A DNA stretch of 64,000 nt from the human T2T-CHM13v2.0 reference genome, Homo sapiens: assembly GCF_009914755.1 (NCBI RefSeq), contig NC_060931.1. The stretch is one strand, 5' to 3'. The position numbers were made by a program, and so were the translations under genes. Positions 1 to 15,912 of the stretch are shown here, in pieces; the stretch's first letter is position 1, and each line of letters begins with the position of its first letter. The notes beneath the pieces were generated by a model. The model did no database searches and was not told the DNA's origin. It saw nothing but the letters and a program-made list of their open reading frames with translations.

Positions 1-3000
1 GTTACCTTTAGCACCTGTTCAGTCAGGACTCTAGGGTTCCCCAGGCCATGAGGTTGAGCATGAAAATTTCTGCTTGTGTCAACTGATAAGGAATTGAGCT
101 GTCAGTCCCCACACTGAGGCAGACAGAGGCCTCTTGGGGAACAGGTGGCAGTCATTCCCCACTACCGGAACTGGGAGTAGATCAGCCTAGCAAAGTATCT
201 CTCCTTCAGATGAGTGGGGTCTGGCAGCTCCTCACAGAAGCATAGGCAGCTCATGCAAACAGGACTCTACTTGTCAGACCCCCTCCAGGAACAAGATATA
301 TTGAGTCTTTACCCCTAGTTCTCGTCCCTCTTCCCCAACACCATAAGGAGAAAAGACCTTGACTCTGAGGTTGGCACATGCCCTCCAGGCTCTGCCAGCA
401 GCATCATTTTGTTCATTGTGTTACCAGAGGAGGAATGTGAAGAAATGAGCCAGGGACACATTCTCAGGCCTCCATCTTCTAATACAATTTTTGGTGGCAT
501 ATCAATTGACTATTTTATGAGCCCACAGTCTGACCCTATTTTATGGTTATAATAGCCACTCATCATCATCTGACCACACCAAATGTAGGCATGATACTTA
601 CTGTCAGCACAAAAATTCCAGGGCATCACCTGCTGCCAGCCAGTGTCACCACCGAGAGGTGAACCAGAAAAGGATATTACTCACAAGCCTCTGACAAGGA
701 CACTGACTATATGGTGTCTAGCTCTGGCCGATGACTCAGCATCCCTCATATCACTGGGTAAGAGGACCACCAGCACCTCTCTATATTGTTGAAGCTGGAC
801 AAGTCCAGCCAAATGAGCAATATTCTCAATTTCCTGGCCATCAAAGTCCTACATGCAAGACAGTTGTCGTCCATAATGTAGATTTTACTCTAGGCTGAGG
901 CAGAGCCAAAATTTAAGTTCAGTAAAGATTGCATCTCAAAATCACACTGTTGGAAGATACATGCCCAACACCCTCTCCCCTAAGTATCAGAACTTACTGC
1001 AGTTGGTTGGTAAAATTTTCAGGTATTAACTATTCACTGGAAGTCAGTCTTCTGGTTGGTGGGGAATGTTTCACAAAATGCCTTATAACAGCCTCCTCTT
1101 TTATTAGCCCTTATATGGGAAAAGGTTTTCTTTGGTCAATTGTATGGGTGATATTTGTCTCCATGATGGCATTTTAATGGTCAGCATTGATGTTAATATT
1201 ATCCCAGATTAAGTGGCTCAGCCACAGTTCCATTCTTTGCACATTCTTATCTGCAATTGTGACACTCCAGGGGAGAGAGGGAGGAGGATAATGACTACAA
1301 GACCTGATGCCCAGCTAGCCTAGTGTATGTCTGGCCAATATCCTGGTCCCTCAGTGTATGACAATGAGAAAACAAAAAGAAGCCTTAGATCTTCATTCTA
1401 AATTTGACACCAAACATTCAACATCCTGGGAGTGCCAGAGGGGCAACTGCATCATCACTCAACCACATCTAAAGCACCACCTCAAGTCAAACCCAATATA
1501 CGAATGTGTCTGACAGCAGATGGATGGAGACCTAGATTCATGCTCCATTAGGCTTAATTCACTCCAGAGCTCACCAATTCCCAGGGTACATAGTGTTCAG
1601 TCAGGTACAAGCCAGGAGCTGAGGTTTTCTAACCATCCAGTTCACTGAAAAGTATATGTTGTCAGTCTAGGACTGTGTCAGCCTGAGATGAATAAAACAA
1701 ACACCATCATTACCCCCAACCAGGCTTGGATACTTACTGGTCAAGTTTGACCTGCAAAATTGGGACCTTCTAGGAATTACCAGGGTGTACTGACCACTAA
1801 TCAGATGAAAATAATCAGTAATACTGAAGCAGTTTATATCCTGGAAGACAATACACTAGTCACACTTCAACTGGAACCTCAAGGAACTTGTTACCTTAAG
1901 GAGTTCAACCATCCCTGAGAGAGGCTCTGCTGGGACCACAAGGAGGATGTTTATTCTCTCCCTCTGACACGTGAGGAGTTTTAAATAGAGCTGGGCATCT
2001 TCCATTTTCCTAGTAGTGTTTTTTTGTGTATTTTTCTTTATACTAGCTCCATTCTGGGTTATAGAGGCCATGCTTTCATCATATCCCACTGATTGTATTT
2101 GAATGACTGAAAACATTTCCTGCAGAATGTAAAGAACCATTACGATTCCCTATCCAGTGCAGGAAGGAGGATGCATTAGAGGAGAAGAGATACGTGTTTG
2201 GAAACTGGAGTAAGTGTCCAGCCACGATACTACAAGCCAATTCAAGTCTGACCAAAGCTGAGAAAACAAAAGTAGTCTAAAACCATTAAATGATGCTCAA
2301 CTACATAAATGCTGAGAAAGAAAGAGGTACATCAGAGAGGCCAAAGACCTAGAATACATCAGCAGTCAAGAACAGGTGAGGGGAGACCAGGAGGCTGAGT
2401 ACCTAGAACTCTTTTCCCCTTGAACTATTTTCCCCTTGCTTTCAAAGGCCAGCTTGTAGGGCTGGTGGAAACAACCAAATACCCATCGCCATATAGAAAG
2501 GCCCAAGAGAGCAAGGTCTTTGCCAACTTTCGCGGTCCATAGATCACTTTGGGTTTCTAGGCAGCATTCTAAGATATGACACTGAAAAAATGTATGAAGT
2601 ATCCTCATCCAAAATATGAAAATGGTAAATCATTTTTTTCTGTTATTTGGAGGACTCTATAGAGGAAACATATCTTTCACTCTGACTAGAAATATCCAGT
2701 TCTGACATTTACTGTACTTCCATTAGAAGAGATGAATAAACACTATTGATGCTATAGGGAGCTTGAGTTTGAATCTTATTGTAGTACAGCAGAGATATTC
2801 CCAGACTGCCTCAGCTTGAGACTATAAATCAAGCTCACATTGTTTTTCCTATAATTATTAACTTAAAAAAATCCCTTTTGTCCTCCCTGGCAATTGTAAG
2901 TTCTATTGCATATTTCTATGTTGGTACTGGTTACCTTCCTATTCTTAAGTTATATTTACATCTACATTTTAATATTTATATACTATAATTAAATAGCCAT

Positions 3001-3532
3001 GTCCTCCCCACTACACACACACACTCATACACATAGACTCTTTACTTCTCTGACTGTCAGTCCTCTGAGCCCCAGTCCCCTTCTGACTCTTAGATCTGGT
3101 TGAAAGAATAATGATCTGGGACTAAAAATGTTAAATTATATGTTGTTACACTTGATAGCCTCTGTCTCCCTTTTTTCCTCATGTTGTTTCTCATTACAGC
3201 AGTTACACTGGATACCTTTGTAGACCTTTTCTCTCAAGTCCCTTGAGAGAAAAAATTAGATTTGTCTTCATCACCACTATCTCTGGACCTGGGACATAAA
3301 TAACAGTTACCTGACTGAAGAGGCCATTTGCCAAGGATATGTAAAACCACTTTAGGTCTGGCCATGCAAAAAAAATTGCACCTCTTAAGACTCTCATCAG
3401 CTACTGACAAGAACTCCCTTAACTGAGAATATATTGCTCTAAAGTTCAACAACAACAACAAGGAAAATCAGTGGAGTCCCTGCATTTTAGTTTAGGGATT
3501 TTGCTGCCAGTTATTTTTAGGGATGTCATTTT

Positions 3533-4529
3533 TTTTTATTACTATCATAATTTTATTATCCACAATTTCATTTTTATTTTTTTATTTTTTTTTATTTTTT
3601 ATCTTTAGTATTTATTGATCATTCTTGGGTGTTTCTCGGAGAGGGGGATTTGGCAGGGTCATAGGACAATAGTGGAGGGAAGGTCAGCAGATAAACACGT
3701 GAACAAAGGTCTCTGGTTTTCCTAGACAGAGGACCCTGCGGCCTTCCACAGTGTTTGCGTCCCTGGGTACTTGAGATTAGGGAGTGGTGATGACTCTTAA
3801 CGAGCATGCTGCCTTCAAGCATCTGTTTAACAAAGCACATCTTGCACCACCCTTAATCCATTTAACCCTGAGTGGACACAGCACATGTTTCAGAGAGCAC
3901 GGGGTTGGGGGTAAGGTTATAGATTAACAGCATCCCAAGGCAGAAGAATTTTTCTTAGTACAGAACAAAATGGAGTCTCCCATGTCTACTTCTTTCTACA
4001 CAGACACAGTAACAATCTGATCTCTCTTTCTTTTCCCCACATTTCCCCCTTTTCTATTCGACAAAACCGCCATCATCATCATGGCCCGTTCTCAATGAGC
4101 TGTTGGGTACACCTCCCAGACGGGGTGGCGGCCGGGCAGAGGGGCTCCTCACTTCCTAGACGGGATGGCGGCTGCGAAGAGGCGTTCCTCACTTCCCAGA
4201 CTGGGCGGCCGGGCAGAGGGGCTCCTCACATCCCAGACGATGGGCGGCCAGGCAGAGACGCTCCTCACTTCCCAGACGGGGTGGCGGCCAGGCAGAGGCT
4301 GCAATCTGGGCACTTTGGGAGGCCAAGGCAGGCGGCTGGGAGGTGGAGGTTGTAGCAAGCCGGGATCATGCCACTGCACTCCAGCCTGGGCAACATTGAG
4401 CACTGAGTGAGCGAGACTCCGTCTGCAATCCCGGCACCTCGGGAGGCCGAGGCAGGCAGATCACTCGAGGTCAGGAGCTGGAGACCAGCCCGGCCAACAC
4501 GGCGAAACCCCATCTCCACCAAAAAAATC
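3533..4529 (-). mobile_element. 5'-truncated SVA retrotransposon (older SVA_A/B-like) with short VNTR and 3' transduction
   Basis: On the minus strand: Alu-like part (~4290-4529), about 5 VNTR units (gctcctcacttcccagacggg, ~4110-4290), HERV-K-derived SINE-R (~3601-4110) and an A-rich tail. No CCCTCT hexamer head. 14-bp TSD AGGGATGTCATTTT at 3519-3532 and 4530-4543. Confidence 0.93.
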
Positions 4530-4894
4530 AGGGATGTCATTTTGACAACTCAGCATGCCAATACTTTGAAATAAGTTGGTCAACTTCTTAAAGTTCATGG
4601 GAACTTTAGTATTGTTGCACCACAAGACCATTTCTCAGTAACAGGCTTCAAGCCATGTACTGCAACATGAATATTTGTTGGTGAGTCTGATTTTTGCATT
4701 TTTTCTGACCTGCTTTGACCTTAGTTATTGACTTTCATTAGTTAGTTAATTAATTTTGTTTCAGACTTTTGTTTCAGATCATGTATATCAGTCTCACCAA
4801 TTCTTAGGTGAATCCACTCCCGGTTGGATATTCTAATTTTACTGTCAGAGGAAAGCTCTGTATTTCCCTGAAACTGTAAAAAATTAAACTCTGT

Positions 4895-5147
4895 AATTGT
4901 ATAATGGTTAAGAGGTAAAACAGCCGCCAGACTACCCGAGGCATCAATCCTGACACCTCAGTTACCACCCGTGACATTTGGCAAGTTATTTAAGTTCTCT
5001 ATTTTTGCTTCATTTTCTATAAAATGGGGGTAATAATAGTATCTACTTCATCAGGTTGTAATGAGGTTTACATGAGTTGATTCATGTAAGACAATTAGAA
5101 GAGCACTTGGCACATAATAAATGCTCAATAAATGTTGGCTATTATTT
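4895..5147 (+). mobile_element. MIR SINE
   Basis: Core ggcaagttatttaa...tataaaatggggg and 3' end gctcaataaatgttggctattatt. Confidence 0.8.
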
Positions 5148-6307
5148 TTGCATTGTCAAAATATCTTAGGAAAATGAAGATACTGCTGGTTTTTCTTCCA
5201 GTTTCCCTGACAATATTTTTTCTTTTCTTCAACATTTGTTCAAACTATTAATCTCACTGGGGAGTCTGGACTCTCCAATACCTAAATGATGACTGGCTTT
5301 ATATAAAAATGATAATACCATTAGTGTCCAAGGATGAACACTGATACCATGAGAATAAGGGGCAAGAATTTAGGTCATGATAGGTTTAGAGCTATGAAGT
5401 TTGAACACACAGGTTGAGTGTATCAATACCTAGAGATAAAGGAACAGAATCCATACATACTCTTTTTCAAACTTTCATATGTGTCAAATGGCAAAAGTTT
5501 CAGGGAAATTTTATTTAGCAATATCACTCTGCAGTTATCAGAGGTATTCAAGTTGATCATCCATGTTTTAAGATAGAAACGAGACAGAGAGTCTGTGGTG
5601 ACAACCTCTATAGAACTGGAGCTATTGAGATGCCAGCTGCAATTTAGATGCTTGCTGCAATTCAGATGAGTTCAGCCAAATAGCACACTGTAACCCCAAC
5701 AGGGAGCCAGTGCTGAAAGGCAGAAAGTTGAGACTAGCAAGACTGGGATTAGTCAAGTAATTAGTGATACAGAATCACTAATGGGAATGGTCAGTAGCCC
5801 AAATGATTCCAAAGTTAGGCTTGATTCAAGATGGAGATGATGTCCAAGGCAGGGTGGTGGCCAAGCAGTGGATTGCGTCCTGCAGTAAGATAGCCCCAAG
5901 TCATGGCCTTTCTGAACATCATTAGCCTTGGTCAAGGTGACCCATTCTCTTGGAACATAAATCAAGCTTGCCTTTAAGAATTTAAAAAAAACAATGTACA
6001 CAGCTAGAACCAGGCAAAATATCAGGACTGCCAACAAGCAGGTTAGAAATAAGATCAAATTTTGGTCCCAACAGGAAACCATAAAACTAATCAAGAAACG
6101 AGACAGAACCATGTCACAAGCTGAGAAAACCCAGAAGAGATTTATGAAAGGCCAGACTTGGAAGACACAGGTGCTCAGAATTTATTCCATATAATAAAGC
6201 TACAATTGATCTCATGCCCGTCAATTTGGGCCACAGTAACTACAAATTAGAAGTGAAGAACCCATAAGTATCAAGAGCATAACAACGTACTACTATGTGT
6301 AACATTA

Positions 6308-7189
6308 TGTGGTATACAGAATAATCCTCCTCCCTGCAGAGATGTCCACACCCTAATCTCTGGAATGTGTAAATACATTAGGATACATGGAAAGGGGGAA
6401 TTAAGGTTGCTGTTGCAATTAAAGTGGCTAATCAACTGACCTTATGATGAGGAGATTATTTTAGATTATTTGGATAGACCCAATTTAATCATATAAGTCC
6501 TTAAAAGTAGAAGAAGAGGCAGAAGAGAAAGTCAGAGAGATGATATGTGAAAAGGACTCAACCAAATGTCTTAAGTCAGTTTGGGCTATTACAACAAAGT
6601 GCCATGGACTGGGTGGCTTAGATGATGGAAATTTATTTCTCACAGTCCTAGTGGCTGGGAAGTCCAAGATCAAGGTACCAGCAGCTCTGGCATCTGGTGA
6701 GGGTCCACTTCTTGGTTTGCCAACAGCTGTCTTTTTGTTGTATCCTCACATGGCAGAAAACAGATACTAGCTCTGTGGCTTCTTCTTACAAGGGCACTAA
6801 TCACATTCATGAGGGCTCTATCCTTATGACCTAATTACCTCACAAAATGCCACCTCCAAATACCATCACATTGCAAATTCTATTTCAACATATATTTGGG
6901 GGAGAACACTAACATACCATCCATAGCACCCACCATTACTGGCTTTAAAGATAGAAGGAGACCATGAGCCAAAGAATGCAGGCAGCCTCTAGAAGCTGAA
7001 ACAGGCAAGGAAACAAATTGTCCCCTAGAGTTTTCAGAACAGAATGCAATCTTACCAACACCTTGATTTTAGCTCAATGAGACCCATATGAGAATTCTGA
7101 TCTAGAGAACTAAAAGATAGTAAGTATATGTTGTTTTAAGCCACCAAGTTTTTAGTGATTTCTTATAGCAGCAACAGAAAATTAATACA
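6308..7189 (+). mobile_element. MLT1 (MLT1D-like) MaLR solo LTR, interrupted by a nested LTR
   Basis: Starts tgtgg...agatgtccacaccctaat and ends gcagcaacagaaaattaataca. The consensus-like sequence resumes after 6927. Confidence 0.75.
6567..6928 (-). mobile_element. MLT1A/MST-like MaLR solo LTR nested in opposite orientation
   Basis: tgtcttaagtcagtttgggct...aatttatttctcacagt...ggctgggaagtccaagatcaagg...ccatagca. Confidence 0.75.
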
Positions 7190-7659
7190 CATTACAGTTG
7201 ACAAAATGCTTAATCTAGATTGTTTGACTCTTTAAAATCAATGAAATCACAAAACCACAATTTGTCCCAAATAAAAATCATTTCATATATAAAAATCAAA
7301 TCCCTGTAAAGAATACAAACCATAGCTTGAAGAGGCAGAGTGGGCAGTATTGGGCATGGGAAATGTATGTTCCTCTTCTTTTTATTCCCTCAAGCTGGGG
7401 TCAAGAAAAATAGGGATCAGTACCAAGGCCTAGATCATGGCTACTCTAGATTGTTCTCAATTTCCATTTAGAAACTTTAAGCTCTGCTGATGGCCATATG
7501 TTGATCTACAACATGAATTAATATCCCCTACTCTGAGCAAATAGGTACTAATATTCTGGATTCAGAGAGTGGTAAAGAAATGAAAGAAAGACAAAGAAAT
7601 TCATTAGTGTAACATGTTGGAATGTATACCACTCTAGCACTTTATTAAATGTTTCTAAC

Positions 7660-8024
7660 TGTATTAGTGCATTCTCACATTGCTATAAAGAACTACCTGA
7701 GGCTGGGTAATTTATAAAGAAAAGAGGTTTAATTGACTCACAGTTCCACAGGCTGTGCAGGTAGCATGGAAACTTACAATCGTGGCAGAAGGCAAAGCGG
7801 AAAAAGGCATGTCTTACATGGCCAGAGCAGAAGGAAGAGAGAAGGGGGAGGTGCTACACACTTCCAAACAACCAGATCTCATGAGAACTCACTCACTATC
7901 ACAAGAGTAGCAAGGGAGAAATCAGCCACCATAATCCAATCACCTCCCACCAGACCCCTCCCGCAACACTGAGGATTACAATTCAATGAGATTTGCGTGG
8001 GGAGGACACAGCCAAACCATATCA
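7660..8024 (-). mobile_element. MSTA-like MaLR solo LTR
   Basis: TG...CA termini (tgtattagt...aaccatatca) with 5-bp TSD CTAAC on both sides. Confidence 0.88.
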
Positions 8025-9229
8025 CTAACTAGCAGACTTTACCAGTAATTTACATGAGCAGCATCCCAGAATTTAAAATGCTTTATATTATCAAAATTCT
8101 ATAATTCTATCAGCATTCCCAGCCTCGATTATAAGAAAGCCAAATGAATTACAATAGATTTTTAAATGCCAGGAAGGAAACTGGAGCCTTTGGGTAAAGG
8201 GTGAAAATAGAGAGTCCCAAGGGGAGTAACAATACCAAGGCAGAAAGCAAATCTCAGGCTCCCTGCTCAGTTTCCAAAACCCCCCTCAGCTCTGCCTGGG
8301 GCCACTCTAGCCTCCATGTTCAAAGCAAAATTATCTTACAGGCATTTTGCTGGCAGGCTAAGACTGGGTTAAGTCTCATTTTAGTCTAGGGAAGTCGTTC
8401 TGATCACGCATTGTTCTTCTTTAGATGTCTTACTGCTCAAGGTTTTATTTATAAACTTTTAGCTACTGCTGTTAGAACTTGAAGTTGAAAGATGTGTAAA
8501 AAATGTTTTGACAGAACACTTAGTACACTGACTTCTTTCACCCTCCCTTGACCTGGTTTCTGTCCTACCCTTTCGTTTGTTGTTGTTGTTTTGTTTTTGA
8601 TACCTACTGCCTTTTTCAATTCAATTTCTCTAGAGACACTTTCTTGATCTAAAGCCCAGCATTCTCAATAAAAATAAAAGTTATTGGAAGATCTTACCAT
8701 AGATTGGTCATAGCCAAACATATTGTAAATTATCTATTTTTCACCATCTGGATAAATTGCTTCAAAGAGTAGCAAAAAATGTGAAAGCCTAAAAAAAAAC
8801 TTTAAGGAAAGTCTGATGAGGAAAGGGAGCAAGAAATAAAGAAAAAAAAGAACTCAAACAATTTGCCACAAGTCTGGGTTTTTTTTTTTTAGCAGTTCTT
8901 CATTTTAGATTTAGTAAGTCAGTGCCTCGGAGTTCATATAACCTTAATCTTAAACATCCGAAGGGTGAGGGGATTGGAGGGAGGAAAATGATACTTAAGA
9001 AGAGCCAGATAGACATAAGGAATAATCAGTTTGAAGATTTTGTTATCTGGAACCCCACCATGCTGGTCTGCCCTTTTCAATATGGTGAAAAAGATAATTC
9101 AGTGCTTTGGTTAGATCAAGTCTGTCCAGAATTATATTATAAGCCCTCTCTACAAAAAGATTGCCAACCACCCTCTAGCTTATGCAACTGTTCTTAAAAT
9201 GTATAAAGAACAGGACTGGGTGCAGAGGG

Positions 9230-9365
9230 ATGCGTTTGTGTGTGTGTGCGCATGCACACATGTGTACATGCTCACTCTATATATATATACACATATATAC
9301 ATATCTATATTTATAGGTACATACTTATATACCTGTGTATATACACAGAGAGAGAGAGAGAGAGA
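9230..9365. repeat. Compound microsatellite (TG)n/(TA)n/(GA)n
   Basis: Dinucleotide runs are directly visible. Confidence 0.8.
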
Positions 9366-9414
9366 TTAGCTAAACTGTGAAAAAGTGTGACTTGGGTGCC
9401 TATTAACAATATGT

Positions 9415-9578
9415 GCACTTTGGGAGGCCAAGGAGGGAAGATAGCTTGAGCCCAGAAGTTCAAGACCAGCCTGAGCAGCATAGGGAGACCTCATCTCTAC
9501 AAAAATAAAAAAATAAGCTAGGAATGGTGCTGCCACTGCACTCTAACCTGAACGACAGAGCAAGACCCTGTCTCAAAA
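9415..9578 (+). mobile_element. Old, internally deleted Alu (AluJ/FLAM-like) fragment
   Basis: gcactttgggaggccaagg...cttgagcccagaagttcaagaccagcctg...gagcaagaccctgtctc. Confidence 0.75.
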
Positions 9579-9789
9579 ACTATATATGTGTATGTGTATG
9601 TATGTATATATGTGAATGTGTGAGTCTGATACCCCCTTGAGTAAGGGAAAGGAGTTCAGAGAAGCATTCATCTTTCTTAAACTTTGTTCTACTTCCAATG
9701 TTTTTAGTATGCAATATTTATTTTTTCACATTTACTTTGAACAATTTTTTTTACCATTTGAAGTTTTAAAAGCATTAAAATATTACTGT

Positions 9790-10372
9790 CAAGTACTATG
9801 TTAAATAGAAATAACAAGAGTGGTCATCCTTGCCTTATTCCTGAGAAGATTTCAGTTTTTCAGCATTGAGTATGATGTTTGCTGTGGGCTTTTTATACAT
9901 GGTGTTCATTATTTTGAGGTAACTTCCCTCTATTCTTAATTTGTTGAGAGTTTTTATCATGAAAGGGTGCTGAATTTTCTCAAGTGCTTTTCCTACATAT
10001 ATGGAGATGATCATGTGATTTTTATCCATTATTCTGTTATTGTGGCATATCACATTGACTGATTTTTGTATGTTGAGCCTTCTTTGTATCCAAGGGATAA
10101 ATCCCACTTGGCAATGTGTATGATCATTTTTAATGTGCTGTTGAATTCAGTTTGTTGGTATTTTGTTGAGGATTTTTGCATCCGTACTTATCAGGGATGT
10201 CAGCCTACAGTTTTCTTTCCTTGTGGTGTCTTTGCCTGGCTTTGGCGTCAGAGTAATATTCGCCTCATAAAATAAGCCTGGAAGTGTTCCCTCTTCTTTG
10301 ATTTTTTGGATAAGTTTGAGAAGGATTAGGCATTAATTATTTAAATGTATGGTAGAATTCACCACTGAACTG
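9790..10372 (-). mobile_element. Inverted 5' segment of an old L1 (L1MA-like) ORF2
   Basis: ORF 9835-10107 gives GFIPWIQ...HMIISI...[11 protein letters not shown], which is L1 RT-like. Confidence 0.88.
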
Positions 10373-12692
<2,320 letters not shown>

Positions 12693-12995
12693 CTGCATTC
12701 GTGCCATATTCTGTTTTAGGAAAGTGGCTAGAAATGGATACTCTATTTCCAAACGGGTCTTTTGGGCTTAGAAATGCTGGTCCTCGCTGAGAAAGAATTA
12801 AATTACTCCTAAGGCCAGCCCTTGTATTTGGAAATTGTAATGCTGGTAGTCAGACTGGCACAGAATTCCTGGCCTTGTCTAATTTCAGCCTATAGTGACT
12901 TTCCCTCAGCATCGTGGTAAGCCAGGGTGGAGAGTGAGAATGCCTCCCTCTCTCCACCTGCTGTGCAGGAAGACATTTAGTCAGCTTGTGAATTA

Positions 12996-13062
12996 CTAGG
13001 TTGGTGCAAAAGTAATCGCAATTTTTGCCATGAAAAGTAATGGCACAAGCAAAATTATTTCT
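12996..13062. mobile_element. MADE1 (Hsmar1-derived MITE) remnant
   Basis: taggttggtgcaaaagtaatcgcaatttttgccat...aaaagtaatggca matches the Hsmar1 TIR. The right end is degraded. Confidence 0.75.
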
Positions 13063-14511
13063 CATAATATGTATATGGAACACCAAGTGCATACAAATTT
13101 ATTATCAAAATGAATAAGCTAAATAGTAGGTAACCACTCAATAATCTGGACCCAGGCTCCCTGTTTTACAAATAAAGTAACTATGGCACAAAGTGGTAGT
13201 CTAGAGGCACACAGAACTGCTAGCAGGATAACCACTGGTCTGTGTTACCTTGCTTTGGGTGTCACCCTGGCTGAAGCAGGTTTTGCTGGGAGAATGGTGA
13301 TCCTGTTCATATGGAGAATTATGCTCTTTTCTTCTCTTAAGATCCTGCGGCAAAAATGCTGTTTAGATTTTAGCTTGTGAAAATGTTGCCTAAGTCAAGT
13401 CCTCTCCTGCAAATTACAGATGTGTTTGTGACCTGCCAGCATGTTCAGTTGGTATTTATTAAAATTTTTATTAAAACAATGTGTTTACTGAAATCCAAAG
13501 AAGTTACTTTCAAAAAATAAAGCTTTACAAAAACTTAAATAGAACCTAATTGATTCATATCTTTATTTATAAGAAGGAGAAATTATTATACATACAAGTA
13601 GCCATATATATAAATTAATAAAGTACACATGTACACATACACATGTATATATATAATCTTTGAAAGGAATATATACCTTTTAAGAACATATAAAAATGTT
13701 TAGCTAACATAAAGCCAACTTAAAATATCGAGGCAAAAAAATCAAGCCAAAAAAGGGGGATGAGTATTCTTGTACAAGTGTGTATGGAACAAACTGTATG
13801 TGTATATGAAACCAACTATACAAATGTTTATACATGAATTTATGCAATAAAAGCTCATTAATTCCCATTCCACACATTTAGCATTTATAATTATTCTAAA
13901 GTTCTTGGCACTACGTGTAAAATGAAATTCTAATTAGGTGAAATTCTAGTGTAAATAAAAGAAATATTTATACATATAAAAACCAACAGTTTTTAAGCGT
14001 CATTTTATTAGTAGTTCTTGTACTCAAAAAATGTCTAGTTATAAGTAACATGTTAAGCAATGCCAAGATTCTATAAGTGTTCTTAGTGCTAAAACCAATA
14101 TTCGAAAGTGATTTCACATGCGTTGTTACTGTTCATATGTAGAGGATAATAAAAGCATAGATTCCAAAAGCATAGACTGCCTAGGTTCAAATCCTGATTC
14201 TGCCATTTGTGGACCGTGTATGACCTCGAGCAAGTATTTGACATTTGTATGCCTCTGTTCCCTCACATGTAAAAAAATAATAATAATGTCAAGGTTGGTC
14301 GAGAAATAACAAATGGCAGCCTCCTATTTCCGAACCTGACCTCCAAACCAACTGAGAGCGATGGAGGAAGATGGGAACCAAAATAGCCCCTTTATTACAA
14401 AAAAGCCTAGGCAGAAGAACATGGCTCTGGCTCTATTAGCCAAAAGGACTTACTAGTCTGCACTCTTAGAATGAGACATACTGAATCTTCCTAATCTCAG
14501 CAGGCCTGCCT

Positions 14512-15912
14512 TCTACAGTAACCAAAACAGCATGGTACTGGTACCAAAACAGATATATAGACCAATGGAACAGAACAGAGGCTTCAGAAATAACACCACA
14601 CATCTACAACCATCTGATCTTTGACAAACCTGACAGAAATGAGAAATGGGGAAAGGATTCCCTATTTAATAAATGGTGCTGGGAAAACTGGCTAGCCATA
14701 TGTAGAAAGCTGAAACTGAATCCCTTCCTTATACCTTATACAAAAATTAATTCAAGATGGATTAAAGACTTAAATGTTAGACCTAAAACCATAAAAACCC
14801 TAGAAGAAAACCTAGGCAATACAATTCAGGACGTAGGCATGGGCAAGGACTTCATGACTAAAACACCAAAAGCAATGGCAACAAAAACCGAAATTGACAA
14901 ATGGGATCTAATTAAACTAAAGAGCTTCTGCACAGCAAAAGAAACTACCATCAGAGTGAACAGTCAACCTACAGAATGGGAGAAAAATTTTGCAATCTAC
15001 TCATCTGACAAAGGGCTAATATACAGAATCTACAATGAACTCCAAAAAATTTACAAGAAAAAAAACACCCCATCAAAAAGTGGGCGAAGGATATGAGCAG
15101 ACACTTCTCAAAAGAAGACATCTATGCAGCCAACAGACACATGAAAAAATGCTCATCATCACTGGTCATCAGAGAAATGCAAATCAAAACCACAATGAGA
15201 TACCATCTTACGCCAGTTAGAATGGCGATCATTAAAAAGTCAGGAAACAACAGATGCTGGAGAGGATGTGGAGAAATAGGAATGCTTTTACACTGTTGGT
15301 GGGAGTGTAAATTAGTTCAACCATTGAGGAAGACAGTGTGACGATTCCTCAAAGATCTAGAACTAGAATTACCATTTGACCTAGCAATCCCATTACTGGT
15401 TATATACCCAAAGGATTATAAATCATGCTACTATAAAGACACATGCACATGTATATTTATTGTGGCACTATTCACAATAGGAAAGACTTGGAACCAACCC
15501 AAATGTCCATCAGTGATAGACTGGATTAAGAAAATGTGGCACATATACAGCATAGAATACTATGCAGCCATAAAAAAGGATGAGTTCATGTCTCTTGCAG
15601 GGACATGGATGAAGCTGAAAACCATCATTCTCAGCAAACTATCACAAGGACAGAAAACCAAACACCGCATGCTCTCCCTCATAGGTGGGAACTGAACAAT
15701 GAGATCACTTGGACACAGGGCAGGGAATATCACACACTGGGGCCTGTCGGGGAGTGGGGGAGCTAGGGGAGGGATAGCATTAGGAGAAATACCTGATGTA
15801 AATGATGAGTTGATGGGTGCACCAAACCAACATGGCACATGTATACCTGTGTATCAAACCTGCACGTTGTGCACATGTACCCTAGAACTTAAAGTATAAT
15901 TAAAAAAAAAAA
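14512..15912 (+). mobile_element. 5'-truncated L1PA (L1PA5-like), ~1.4 kb
   Basis: ORF2 C-terminal peptides ([25 protein letters not shown]), G-rich 3' UTR, gagaaatacc diagnostic and poly(A). Confidence 0.92.

Noticed and set aside
1-2430. Possible highly decayed ERV/ERVL internal sequence
   Set aside because: Composition is suggestive, but I found no convincing protein motif or termini. It needs a Dfam or tBLASTn search.
3601-4041. Apparent second HERV-K LTR that could pair with the LTR at 42272
   Set aside because: It is the SINE-R of an SVA (internally deleted LTR, adjacent VNTR, own TSD), not the missing proviral LTR.
5753-6112. 119-aa hydrophobic ORF
   Set aside because: No recognisable homology or splice context. 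Such ORFs are common in AT-rich DNA.
14150-14180. Short tandem duplications (aaaagcataga x2 here; aagcaactgttg x2 near 23225)
   Set aside because: Ordinary slippage duplications inside old repeats, with no array structure.
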